DNA from: Clostridia bacterium
Lineage (GTDB): Bacteria; Bacillota; Clostridia; Oscillospirales; CAG-272
Length of the DNA stretch: 64,000 nt
Direction of reading: 5' to 3'
Assembly: GCA_017453305.1 (NCBI GenBank)
Contig: JAFTKJ010000006.1
Span: 16,895-80,894 of the forward strand
Positions 1-9,327 of the stretch are shown in pieces. The notes beneath the pieces are model-generated. The model was not told the origin of the DNA. It made no database searches and saw only the letters and a list, made by a program, of their open reading frames with translations. Position 1 is the first letter of the stretch; the number at the start of each line of letters is the position of its first letter. The position numbers and the translations under genes are program-made.

Positions 1-318
1 GATCAGAACGTATTCAACACGGCAATGACCGAGCTACTCTCTCCCATCGAAAATCCGCGCTATATTCTTATTTCGAAAAACATAATCCAGCAGTATAACT
101 ACCGTCTTTCCTTTGCCTGCCCCTCGGTGCTTGGCAAAAAGAAGGAGTACGTTGCCGCACTTGCCAAACGGCTGGAGCGAACGACGGGACGCTTTGAGGC
201 GGTTTATACACACAAGGAGGACGGGCGACGCCTCATCCTCAAATGCCGCAGACGTTCCTTTATCAGCGAAAACGCAAGGGCGGCAGGAAAGCGGTACCGA
301 GTATCGCATTTTGAGTGA
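1..318 (+). CDS. C-terminal end of a gene running in from the left edge; resembles the C-terminus of DEAD/DEAH-box (ResIII-like) helicase family proteins
   Basis: Frame is open from base 1 (DQNVFNTAMTELLSPIENPRYIL...YTHKEDGRRLILKCR). Family call is from recalled similarity only. Confidence 0.5.
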   Translation, partial: DQNVFNTAMTELLSPIENPRYILISKNIIQQYNYRLSFACPSVLGKKKEYVAALAKRLERTTGRFEAVYTHKEDGRRLILKCRRRSFISENARAAGKRYRVSHFE

Positions 319-375
319 CCCACAAGGGTATAAAAACGCAAAAAAAACAGGTATATAAAATTTAGGAGGTCTATG

Positions 376-3030
376 ATGGATCAGTACAACGAGCTGCCAA
401 AAACTTACGCGCCGTCGGAGTTTGAGGACAGAATTTATCAGAATTGGTGCGACAAGGGCTACTTTACGCCCGACGTCAAAAATGACGCAGAGCATTTCTC
501 CGTGGTCATTCCGCCCCCCAACGTAACGGGGCAATTGCACATGGGACACGCCCTGGACGAAACCCTTCAGGACGTTCTTGTGCGCTACAAGAGAATGCAG
601 GGCTTCAATACGCTTTGGATCCCCGGCACCGACCACGCGGGTATCGCTACGCAGATCAAGGTAGAGGAGAGACTGCGTGTAGAAGAAGGACTTTCTCGCT
701 ATGATCTTGGTCGTGAAAAGTTTTTGGAGCGCGTTTGGCAGTGGAAGGACAAGTACGAGGCGCGCATTACGGGACAGCTGAAAAAGCTGGGCGCATCCTG
801 CGATTGGACGCGTCAGCGCTTTACCTTTGACGAGGGTTGCTCCCGCGCCGTACGCGACGTGTTTGTCAATCTGTACGAAAAGGGACTGATCTATCGCGGC
901 TACCGCATCATCAACTGGTGCCCCCGTTGTCTGACCGCGCTTTCCGATGCGGAGGTAGAGTATAAGGATCAGCCCGGACATTTCTGGCACATCAAGTATC
1001 CCATCAAGGGGGAGGATGGCTACGTTGAGGTGGCTACCACCCGTCCCGAAACGATGTTTGGTGATACCGCCGTTGCGGTCAACCCCGAGGACGAGGCAAT
1101 GAAGCACCTGATCGGCAAAACGCTCATTCTGCCCGTGGTTGGCAGAGAGATCCCCGTCATTGCCGACGATTACGTAGAGATCGGCTTTGGTACGGGCTGC
1201 GTGAAGATCACACCTGCGCACGACCCCAACGACTTTATGGTTGGTCAGCGTCACGGACTTGAGCAGATCAAGGTCATGAACGACGACGCCACCATGAATG
1301 CAGGGGCAGGGAAGTACGAGGGCATGGACCGCTACGAGTGCCGCAAGGCGCTGGTTGCAGAGCTTGAGGCAGAAGGGTACCTGGTCAAGACCGTTCCGCA
1401 CGATCACAACGTGGGCGTATGCTACCGTTGCGGCACCACCGTTGAGCCGATGACCTCCGACCAGTGGTTTGTTAAAATGAAGCCCCTGGCAAAGCCTGCG
1501 ATCGAGGCGGTTGAAAACGGTGACATCCGCTTTGTCCCCGAGCGCTTCTCCAAAAACTACTTTAACTGGATGAACAACATCCTTGACTGGTGCATCTCCC
1601 GTCAGCTGTGGTGGGGACACCGCATTCCGGCATTCTATTGCGATAGCTGCGGCGAGATGACCGTTTCTCGCGAGGATATCACCACTTGTCCCAAGTGCGG
1701 TGCTCCCGTACGCCAGGACGAGGACGTGTTGGATACGTGGTTCTCGTCGGCACTTTGGCCCTTTTCCACGATGGGCTGGCCCGAAATGACCGAGGATCTG
1801 AAAAAGTACTATCCCACAAGCGTTCTTGTAACGGGATACGATATCATCACCTTCTGGGTGTCCCGTATGATCTTCTCGGGACTTGAGCACATGGGTGAAA
1901 AGCCCTTTGATACCGTGTTCATTCACGGCTTGGTGCGTGATGCGCAGGGAAGAAAGATGTCCAAGTCCTTGGGCAACGGCATCGATCCTTTGGAAGTCAT
2001 CGAAAAGTACGGTGCCGACGCGCTCCGCTTTGCACTCTCCACGGGTAACTCTCCCGGAAACGATATGCGCTTCTCCGACGAGAAGATGGAGGCGGCACGG
2101 AACTTTGCAAACAAGCTTTGGAACGCATCCCGCTTTGTGCGCATGAATCTGACCATCGACCGTGTGGAGCTCCCCGAGGCTTCGGCTCTCACCGCCGAGG
2201 ATCAATGGATCCTGACCGAGTACAACAAGACCGTTGCAACCGTGACCAACTCGCTGGATCACTATGAGATCGGCGTGGCGCTCAGTGCCATTTACGATTT
2301 CGTATGGGATATCTTCTGCGATTGGTACATTGAGCTGACCAAGAGCCGCCTTTCCGAAAAGGACACCGAGGGCAATCGCGTGGCGCAAAACGTGCTTTGC
2401 TACGTGCTCACGGGCACCTTAAAGATGTTGCATCCCTTTATGCCTTTTATCACCGAGGAGATCTATCAGGCACTTCCGCATGACGGCGACGCCGAGAGCA
2501 TCGTGATCTCCAAATATCCCACGGTAAACGACAGCCTCAATTTCCCCAAGGAGTCCTTGGAGCTGACGCGCGTGATCGCTGCCATCAAGGCGATCCGTTT
2601 GCGCCGCAACGAAATGAACGTCGTTCCCTCCCGCAAGGCAAAGGTGTATATCGCAACCGCGTATGCCGAGTCCTTTGGCGAGAACACTTATCCCTTCTTC
2701 GCCCGTCTTGCTTCCGCGTCCGACGTTGCCGTTGCCGCATCCTTTGACGATGCCACCGTCAGCGCCGATAACGCCGTGCAGATCATCACCGACTCCGCAA
2801 CCATCTATCTGCCGCTGGCTGATCTGGTGGATACCGAAAAGGAGCGCGCACGTCTGGAAGCCGAAAAGAAGAAGCTGGAGGGCGAGATCGCGCGCCTGAA
2901 CGGCAAGCTCTCCAACCAGGGCTTTGTTGCAAAAGCACCCGCCGCCGTTGTGGATGCCGAGCGTGCAAAGCTTGCTAAATATCAGGAAAACCTGGACGGC
3001 GTTACCGCCGCTTTGGCAAAGCTGAAATAA
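376..3030 (+). CDS. valS: valine--tRNA ligase
   Basis: [14 protein letters not shown] (HIGH) and KMSKS motifs, [13 protein letters not shown]-terminal coiled coil; AGGAGG RBS at 364-369 favours the ATG at 376 over 373. Confidence 0.98.
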   Translation: MDQYNELPKTYAPSEFEDRIYQNWCDKGYFTPDVKNDAEHFSVVIPPPNVTGQLHMGHALDETLQDVLVRYKRMQGFNTLWIPGTDHAGIATQIKVEERLRVEEGLSRYDLGREKFLERVWQWKDKYEARITGQLKKLGASCDWTRQRFTFDEGCSRAVRDVFVNLYEKGLIYRGYRIINWCPRCLTALSDAEVEYKDQPGHFWHIKYPIKGEDGYVEVATTRPETMFGDTAVAVNPEDEAMKHLIGKTLILPVVGREIPVIADDYVEIGFGTGCVKITPAHDPNDFMVGQRHGLEQIKVMNDDATMNAGAGKYEGMDRYECRKALVAELEAEGYLVKTVPHDHNVGVCYRCGTTVEPMTSDQWFVKMKPLAKPAIEAVENGDIRFVPERFSKNYFNWMNNILDWCISRQLWWGHRIPAFYCDSCGEMTVSREDITTCPKCGAPVRQDEDVLDTWFSSALWPFSTMGWPEMTEDLKKYYPTSVLVTGYDIITFWVSRMIFSGLEHMGEKPFDTVFIHGLVRDAQGRKMSKSLGNGIDPLEVIEKYGADALRFALSTGNSPGNDMRFSDEKMEAARNFANKLWNASRFVRMNLTIDRVELPEASALTAEDQWILTEYNKTVATVTNSLDHYEIGVALSAIYDFVWDIFCDWYIELTKSRLSEKDTEGNRVAQNVLCYVLTGTLKMLHPFMPFITEEIYQALPHDGDAESIVISKYPTVNDSLNFPKESLELTRVIAAIKAIRLRRNEMNVVPSRKAKVYIATAYAESFGENTYPFFARLASASDVAVAASFDDATVSADNAVQIITDSATIYLPLADLVDTEKERARLEAEKKKLEGEIARLNGKLSNQGFVAKAPAAVVDAERAKLAKYQENLDGVTAALAKLK

Positions 3031-3042
3031 ATTGCAAAAACA

Positions 3043-3079
3043 AAAGTGGGAACTCCTTGCAAATGGGGGTTCTCACTTT
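3043..3079 (+). terminator. probable intrinsic terminator of valS
   Basis: Imperfect inverted repeat AAAAGTGGGAACTCC...GGGGTTCTCACTTTT just after the stop codon. Confidence 0.65.
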
Positions 3080-3172
3080 TATATGCGTGACAGAGGCTTT
3101 GATTTCTGTATTTCAACCAGGCTTTGTTTTGAAAAAATCTGTTACGCAAAGGCACAAATTCAAAAAAAAACA

Positions 3173-3202
3173 TTGACAAAGTGGGGGAGAGTGTGATATA
3201 AT
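3173..3202 (+). promoter_or_regulatory. sigma-A promoter of guaA
   Basis: TTGACA (3173-3178), 18-bp spacer, TGnTATAAT (3197-3202). Confidence 0.75.
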
Positions 3203-3255
3203 TTTCTTATTCTAAGGATGAGAGATATCGATTCCGAATTTACGGAGGATCACTT

Positions 3256-4239
3256 ATGGAATTGCCGAACAAGCGCCCCGAAAACATGGCGCGCATTAAC
3301 ACAAAAGAGCTTGCCGATGCATTTATTGCCGAGCAGGTCAAGGAAATCAGAGCACAGGTAGGGGACAAAAAGGTCCTTTTGGCGCTTTCCGGCGGCGTGG
3401 ATTCGTCGGTTGTTGCCGCTTTGCTGATCAAAGCCATCGGAAAGCAGCTCGTTTGCGTGCACGTCAACCATGGATTGATGCGCAAAGGCGAGAGCGAACA
3501 GGTCATTGAGGTGTTTGGTAAGGAGCTGGACGCAAACCTGATCTACGTTGACGCAACCGATCGTTTTCTCGATCTTTTGGCAGGCGTTGCTGAGCCCGAA
3601 AAGAAGAGAAAGATCATTGGCGGCGAGTTTATCAAGGTGTTTGACGAGGAGGCTTCCAAGCTCAAGGGCATTTCCTTCCTGGCGCAGGGAACCATCTATC
3701 CCGATATTCTGGAGTCCGACGGCGTTAAGGCACACCACAACGTAGGCGGCCTTCCCGAGGATATGGAGTTCGAGCTGGTCGAGCCCGTTCGTCTGCTTTA
3801 CAAGGACGAGGTTCGTGTGGTCGGCGAGGCATTGGGGCTTCCGCACGCAATGGTTTACCGTCAGCCGTTCCCCGGTCCCGGACTTGGCGTTCGTTGCCTG
3901 GGTGCCATCACGCGCGACCGTTTGCACGCTCTGCGTGAGGCAGATGCCATTTTGCGCGAGGAGTTCGATAAGAACGGACTTGCAGGCAAGGTATGGCAGT
4001 ACTTTATCGCGGTGCCCGACTTTAAGAGCGTAGGCGTACGCGACGGCAAGAGATACGAGGGCTGGCCTGCCATCATCCGCGCCGTTAACACCACCGACGC
4101 TATGAGCGCGACCATTGAGGAGATCCCGTACGCGCTCCTGCACCACATCACCGCCCGCATCACCGCCGAGGTAGACGGCATCAACCGCGTCCTCCTCGAC
4201 CTGACGCCAAAGCCGATTGGAACGATTGAGTGGGAATAA
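3256..4239 (+). CDS. guaA: GMP synthase, ATP-pyrophosphatase plus dimerisation domains only (no glutaminase domain)
   Basis: ALSGGVDS PP-loop, QGTIYPDILES, HHNVGGLP, PFPGPGLGVR, C-terminal KPIGTIEWE; only 327 aa. Confidence 0.93.
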   Translation: MELPNKRPENMARINTKELADAFIAEQVKEIRAQVGDKKVLLALSGGVDSSVVAALLIKAIGKQLVCVHVNHGLMRKGESEQVIEVFGKELDANLIYVDATDRFLDLLAGVAEPEKKRKIIGGEFIKVFDEEASKLKGISFLAQGTIYPDILESDGVKAHHNVGGLPEDMEFELVEPVRLLYKDEVRVVGEALGLPHAMVYRQPFPGPGLGVRCLGAITRDRLHALREADAILREEFDKNGLAGKVWQYFIAVPDFKSVGVRDGKRYEGWPAIIRAVNTTDAMSATIEEIPYALLHHITARITAEVDGINRVLLDLTPKPIGTIEWE

Positions 4240-4388
4240 TAAACGTAAGTCGAAAAAGCCTTATATATCAAGGGCTTTCGGCACGTGGGACGGATTTTTG
4301 ATACTGTTTTGATACCAAACAGAATAATAAACAACGGCAGGATGTAAATAATTCTGCCGTTATTTATATAAAAATTTGCCTTTTTGTA

Positions 4389-4417
4389 TTGACAAATGCA
4401 CCAAAAAAGGATATAAT
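4389..4417 (+). promoter_or_regulatory. sigma-A promoter of the type III toxin-antitoxin locus
   Basis: Consensus TTGACA (4389-4394), 17 bp, TATAAT (4412-4417). Confidence 0.85.
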
Positions 4418-4423
4418 ATAAAT

Positions 4424-4531
4424 GTGGGTGTATCTCAGCCCTAAATGAGAAACTTACTAAGCGAACTTCTCTTGGTTCTTTCAAGAAAGTTACAAGTGAG
4501 TGTTTCGCTACTCAGAATGCGAAAGTTATGT
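4424..4531 (+). ncRNA. putative type III antitoxin RNA (ToxI/antiQ-like), three degenerate pseudoknot units
   Basis: Lies between the promoter and a terminator upstream of a ToxN-family gene. Three units of about 36-37 nt each end in GAAA(C/G)TTA, and each can form an H-type pseudoknot. Confidence 0.8.
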
Positions 4532-4532
4532 G

Positions 4533-4561
4533 ATGAGGGCAAGGCACACTTGCCCTCATTT
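4533..4561 (+). terminator. intrinsic terminator between antitoxin RNA and toxin gene
   Basis: Perfect 11-bp stem ATGAGGGCAAG-gcaca-CTTGCCCTCAT followed by a short T run; canonical type III TA layout. Confidence 0.85.
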
Positions 4562-4579
4562 GCTATTTTGGAGGACTCA

Positions 4580-5065
4580 ATGGACAACCTTAAGCTTTAC
4601 GAAATTAACGCAAGCTATATTACATACCTCTCGGCGTATGCTCCGCATCTGTTTCAGAATAAGAAGTCCGGGCAGAAGAACGAGAGGAAATATATCGGTA
4701 TCGTTTTACATATCAATAGCTTTGATTACTTCGCGCCGCTTTCCTCGTTCAAGGACAAGCACAAGCTGATGAAGGAAGGGCTTGATTTTATTAAGATCAA
4801 GGACTATGCCGTTATCAATCTGAACAATATGTTCCCGGTGCCGCTGAGCGAAACCAAGTACGTTGACATCAGAAACGAGCCTGATCCGCACTACCGCGCT
4901 TTGCTTCTCGCCGAGTACCGTTATATCAAGTCAATTCAAGAGAAGATTTGGAAGAACGCGCAGAACGTATATAAGATTAAAATCAAGGACGGCGATGCTT
5001 CATCTCTCGCCAAGCGCTGCAACGATTTTCTTCTGCTTGAGAAGGCGTGCAAATATTACAGATAA
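4580..5065 (+). CDS. type III toxin-antitoxin ToxN/AbiQ-family endoribonuclease
   Basis: RKYIGIVL, YFAPLSS(F)K and INLNNMFPVP motifs, C-terminal CNDFLLLEKAC; GGAGG RBS precedes the ATG at 4580. Confidence 0.92.
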   Translation: MDNLKLYEINASYITYLSAYAPHLFQNKKSGQKNERKYIGIVLHINSFDYFAPLSSFKDKHKLMKEGLDFIKIKDYAVINLNNMFPVPLSETKYVDIRNEPDPHYRALLLAEYRYIKSIQEKIWKNAQNVYKIKIKDGDASSLAKRCNDFLLLEKACKYYR

Positions 5066-5076
5066 AGGGGGACAAT

Positions 5077-6366
5077 ATGAAAAACATAGCTGCAAAAAAA
5101 GTGATTGCCTCATACTATATTTTATCCCTTCTTTTAACGCTTCCGTTGTCGATACCAATTTGGCTTATCAAAAATCCTCTTGGCGTGATTCTTTATTTTC
5201 TTTGCTTCCTGATCTATATGAGGATAGCCATATACTTTGCTGTACGAATAACCATTATGTCTTCACTTTGGAAAGAGCTTGATGCTGAAAAATATGCTGC
5301 AATCATAAACGCCAAGTTTTTTCTGGCTAATTATTCCTACAAGCTGAATTTAGATTTCGCAACGGGTAACTACCAAAACGCGCACAATATTATAAATTCT
5401 GTGTTGTTGCAACACAAGAACGTCAATCAAAAAGTTTACGGACATTTGCTTCTCTGCCGTGTTTGCTTTGAGCGAGGAGATTATGAAGGAATCAAAGATA
5501 ATCTCGCTCAAATTGATAACTATCACAAATACAATCCGACGTTAAAACTTTCAAAACCGAATAAGGCAGCATATGAGTTTTACTGTGCATTTTCCAATGC
5601 CGACTATACCTCTGCCTGCGCTATCGCGGAAAAAGGTATTGATAAATACTCAAAAAAGAAAAACCTCAATTATTTAGTCTTGATGCGCCAATATCAATTA
5701 GCCGTTACAAAACGAATGAAGGGCGACATTGATGAGGCGGTTGAGCTTTTTGAAAGCATTATGGAAAAAGCCCCAAAACTTATTCTTTCAACACTTGCTC
5801 AAAAGCAGCTTGACTATATTTCCGGAGTACTTGAAGAAACAGCGCCCGAACGGTTAGAGGTCACAGAAAACCACATTGTGAAATCTAATCGCAAAATAAA
5901 AATTTCCGTGCGTATTGCTTATTGCGTAGGAATCCTTCTTATACTTGTGGGAATAATCCTTACTCAATTAGATTCTCCTAAGCAAAAAGACAAGGATTTG
6001 AACTATATTGCTCAAATAGAAAAAACTATTGAAGACGAATACGAAGAATATCAAGTTTTGGGATATTTTTATATTTATTCTGATTATGCAGATGAAACCT
6101 ATATGATGAGCATAGATTCGCTGTTTTTGGTAGAGGCAGATGGGAAACTTGATTTGCATACTCTCTACCAATTAAACGGAGAATACAAAAACATTTTGGA
6201 CGTAAAAGACATTCAAGTAGATACGCTGTATGAATATGAGATATATTTTATACCAAAAAAAGTAGAATTTATTATAACAGAAAAGGAGCGTAATATTCCG
6301 AAGGATACGCTATATTATTATGAAATAGACGGATATTATTTCTGCGTAATTAGCATATCAGATTGA
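5077..6366 (+). CDS. hypothetical membrane protein with TPR-like helical region
   Basis: Two N-terminal and one central hydrophobic segments; TPR-like GDIDEAVELFESIMEKAP; AT-rich; inside the guaA island. Confidence 0.7.
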   Translation: MKNIAAKKVIASYYILSLLLTLPLSIPIWLIKNPLGVILYFLCFLIYMRIAIYFAVRITIMSSLWKELDAEKYAAIINAKFFLANYSYKLNLDFATGNYQNAHNIINSVLLQHKNVNQKVYGHLLLCRVCFERGDYEGIKDNLAQIDNYHKYNPTLKLSKPNKAAYEFYCAFSNADYTSACAIAEKGIDKYSKKKNLNYLVLMRQYQLAVTKRMKGDIDEAVELFESIMEKAPKLILSTLAQKQLDYISGVLEETAPERLEVTENHIVKSNRKIKISVRIAYCVGILLILVGIILTQLDSPKQKDKDLNYIAQIEKTIEDEYEEYQVLGYFYIYSDYADETYMMSIDSLFLVEADGKLDLHTLYQLNGEYKNILDVKDIQVDTLYEYEIYFIPKKVEFIITEKERNIPKDTLYYYEIDGYYFCVISISD

Positions 6367-6912
6367 TAATTCTTCTCAAATGATATTTGTAAAACCTCTT
6401 GTATTTATTCTTATTTTATGGTATAATGAATTGTCGGGAATAATGTGATTTTCAGTCGGTATCATTGATACCATTTTGATACCGCTTTTCGCAGACTCCA
6501 TAGATGAAGCGGAAAAAGGCGGTCAAATCTCCCGAAAAGCCGCGCGAAAAGACCTAAATTCACGGGGTATAATGCTAATTTAAGCGAGTGGGAATAATTG
6601 CCTGCGGCGAGTGATCGGTTATGATACGCTTCGTGTTGTTATAATGCACCTTCGGTGCAGGTTGAAGTTACGAGAGAGCGTAATAGCAAAAAAGTTGAGC
6701 AAATAAGAAACAACGGCAGGAATGTTACATTCCTGCCGCATTTTATATTTCGATCTTGTCACGGTGGCGTGTATATTTTATATCAGTTCACACATTTTCC
6801 TCAAAAATATGGTATAATATAAAAAACTTTCAAAAATCCTTACACACTTTCCAATTTTTTGGTACTACTATTTATGAAGGGGCTTTCAAATACGCGAGGG
6901 AGGAGGCAAGTT

Positions 6913-7509
6913 ATGGAACTTCGGGGAAAACAAACGGTGAGAACACCTATGGACGATGAAAAGATCGTTGCCCTTTATTGGGAACGCGACGAAAAAGCGA
7001 TTGAGGAAACCGATTTCAAATACAAGAAATATCTGTTTTCCATTGCTTATAACGTTCTTCACGACCGACTTGACTGCGAGGAATGCTTGAACGATACATA
7101 CCTTGGCGCGTGGAACGCAATTCCACCTACAAAACCGAATGTGCTCAAAGCATTTTTGACGACGATCACACGAAGAATTGCGATCAAACGCTACCACAGC
7201 AAAGGAAAACAGCGTGTGATACCTTCCGAAATGACGTCTTCTCTTTCCGAGCTCGAAGATTTCGTAGCCGGTGACGGTGACGTTGATGCGGATTTTGATG
7301 CGGAGAGACTTGGGCGTGTCATCAGCGACTTTGTTCGCTCGCTTTCCGAACGCAGACAATTCATATTTATGAGTCGGTACTACTTAGCCGATCCCATTGA
7401 TACAATTGCAAGTGACTTGAGTTTGAGCCGTTCAATGGTGAACAAGGAGCTTGCCGCCATCAGAAGTGCCTTGAAAGAAAAACTTGAAAGTGAGGGGTAT
7501 TCGATATGA
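6913..7509 (+). CDS. ECF sigma-70 factor
   Basis: DDEKIVALYWERDEKAI, EECLNDTYLGAWNAIPP, region-4 HTH; GGAGG RBS. Confidence 0.92.
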   Translation: MELRGKQTVRTPMDDEKIVALYWERDEKAIEETDFKYKKYLFSIAYNVLHDRLDCEECLNDTYLGAWNAIPPTKPNVLKAFLTTITRRIAIKRYHSKGKQRVIPSEMTSSLSELEDFVAGDGDVDADFDAERLGRVISDFVRSLSERRQFIFMSRYYLADPIDTIASDLSLSRSMVNKELAAIRSALKEKLESEGYSI

Positions 7510-8390
7510 AAAAGAAAGAATGGAATGAAGGTTTGAATCACATTGATCCCGATCTTGTTGAAAAATACGTCCTGCAAAAGGAGCGGCTCAGAGAGAAAAA
7601 CAAAAAGCCGAAAAGCGCATGGTTGCGTTTTGGAGCAATCGCGGCTTGCTTTGTGCTGGTTTTGAGTGCAGTCATCATTGTGCCGCTGTTGCGAGAAGAT
7701 GATCCGGGTGTTATTCCGGGACCGGGGGGTATTCCGGGACCGGGGGTTGAAATTATTCTTCCTTCTCCTCCGGAGTATTCTTCGTATGACTATGAGTCTT
7801 ACAATGACATTCATGCCGCTTTGACAAATCCACTTGCTCCTCAATTTGAACAATTGCGGACTGAACAGAAAAATTGCGGTGAGCTATATCAGCAAACTCT
7901 ATCGGATTTCGCTTCGGGCGAGATAAAGGTTGCAGTACCTCAAATTGGAGGGAAAAATATTGACCTTCGCAATCAAGAAGGGTTTAGCAATGTAACTTGG
8001 TTTACGAATGAATTATATAATCTTCCGTGGCTGTGGTATCATTGTTTGATAAACGAACAGGATTTGACAGTAAGTATCGCATATTTGAGTGTACTTGATC
8101 GAACTGAACTGAATTCTGCCACATCGTATTACCAAGTCTTAAAAATGATCTCTCCTAATTCGCCTTCTCCGGATAATTATAAGAAATCAGCATCCTATAA
8201 AAACATATATGAGAAAGAAATCACACTCGGAAATGGCGAGACGGTCACCGCCATGATCTCGGAGTTAAAGAACGATTCCAGAATCTACGTCTGCCTGTAT
8301 TTGGATGGTATGCTGGTAACTTTACGTGGGGATGAGGCATTGCTCACAGAGGCGTTTTTTCGGACATTCAATATGGCGTATATGAAATAA
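7506..8390 (+). CDS. putative anti-sigma factor (single TM, extracytoplasmic domain)
   Basis: ATGA overlap with the sigma gene; N-terminal LNHIDPDLVE motif, TM segment AIAACFVLV, Pro-Gly linker. Confidence 0.75.
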   Translation: MKKKEWNEGLNHIDPDLVEKYVLQKERLREKNKKPKSAWLRFGAIAACFVLVLSAVIIVPLLREDDPGVIPGPGGIPGPGVEIILPSPPEYSSYDYESYNDIHAALTNPLAPQFEQLRTEQKNCGELYQQTLSDFASGEIKVAVPQIGGKNIDLRNQEGFSNVTWFTNELYNLPWLWYHCLINEQDLTVSIAYLSVLDRTELNSATSYYQVLKMISPNSPSPDNYKKSASYKNIYEKEITLGNGETVTAMISELKNDSRIYVCLYLDGMLVTLRGDEALLTEAFFRTFNMAYMK

Positions 8391-8457
8391 AAAGCATGAA
8401 TAATCTCAAAGGCGAGCGTTTCCGCGCTCGCCTTTTTTGTATTCATAAGTAAAAGTA

Positions 8458-9147
8458 TTACCGACACTTCTCGCACGCGGCAAGGAAGTTGTCAAACAGG
8501 AGGTGCTCGGGGGTGCGCTCACCGCGCAAGGCAAGCTCGGGGTGCCATTGTGTGGCAAATACGTTGTGCTCCTTCCATTCAATGGCTTCGGCAACGCCGT
8601 CGTCGGTCGTAGCCACAACCTTGAGGTCGGGTGCGATGCGGTCCAGCTCCCACGCGTGGTAGCTGTTGACCGTTGTTCTCTCGCAGTTGAACATATCGTA
8701 AACAAAGGAGCCCTTGACGATATTGATCTCATGCTTGTGTGCGGTGTCGTTTTCGTGTGCCTTGGAATCCTTCATGCGACGGATCGAACCGCCGAAAAAG
8801 ACGTTGATTGCCTGATGCCCACCGCAAATGCCGAGAATGGGCTTTTTGGCTTCGTAAAAACGGCGGATGAGCGCGCTGTCAAGTGCATATTCGTCCACGG
8901 GGGGATCCTTTTCCAAGGGATCACCGTTATAATATACGGGCGGAATATCGGTGGGGGAGCCTGGAATGATGAGTCCGTCGCAAATGCCGCAGACTGAATC
9001 GATCGCCTCCTCGGAAAGCACCGCGATCACGCCTGCGCCGTATTGCTTTGCAAAATGTATATAGTCCTCGGAGGTATACCAGCGGGTGTTCCAAACGGCA
9101 TTTTCAACGCCCAGATTCAAATAACGAAGTGAGATTGCAAAATTCAT
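8458..9147 (-). CDS. class I glutamine amidotransferase, peptidase C26 / PuuD-like
   Basis: GLIIPGSPTDIPP, PILGICGGHQ (catalytic Cys), VNSYH, QWHPE. Confidence 0.9.
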   Translation of the reverse strand: MNFAISLRYLNLGVENAVWNTRWYTSEDYIHFAKQYGAGVIAVLSEEAIDSVCGICDGLIIPGSPTDIPPVYYNGDPLEKDPPVDEYALDSALIRRFYEAKKPILGICGGHQAINVFFGGSIRRMKDSKAHENDTAHKHEINIVKGSFVYDMFNCERTTVNSYHAWELDRIAPDLKVVATTDDGVAEAIEWKEHNVFATQWHPELALRGERTPEHLLFDNFLAACEKCR

Positions 9148-9327
9148 GATCTTCCTCCAATGCATGCTTTTGATAGTACTATTGTATCACAAAGTGCACG
9201 CTTTGTCAAGCGGAAAGTTCGTGTGAAAGAGAATGTAATTTACATCAAATTAGCTCTTGACATCCGCACCTTTGCCGTGCTATAATGATACCGTACCCCA
9301 ACGCAAAACGGAAAAGGAGAACACACG

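Larger units (their letters stand above)
4228..6598. mobile_element. integrase-less mini genomic island (CIME-like) at the 3' end of guaA
   Basis: GAGTGGGAATAAT occurs at 4228-4240 (last guaA codons and stop) and again at 6586-6598. Paired TTGATAC(C/T) repeats lie inside both ends (4298-4316, 6465-6483). Cargo is AT-rich. Confidence 0.8.

Noticed and set aside
319-375. T-box leader for valS
   Set aside because: Only about 55 bp separate valS from the upstream gene, and no T-box consensus is present.
34-2388. Long antisense ORFs (also 10258-12297, 31674-33119, 47619-49013, 49459-50586, 60572-61939)
   Set aside because: They are shadows of well-supported genes on the opposite strand and carry no recognisable motifs.
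3203-3255. Purine riboswitch ahead of guaA
   Set aside because: The leader is too short and lacks the aptamer consensus.
4424-4531. Mini CRISPR array (36-37 nt periodicity)
   Set aside because: Only about 8 nt are conserved per unit, no cas genes are present, and the context matches a type III TA locus.
4445-4579. N-terminal extension of ToxN given in the ORF track
   Set aside because: It overlaps the antitoxin RNA and terminator; the RBS supports the ATG at 4580.
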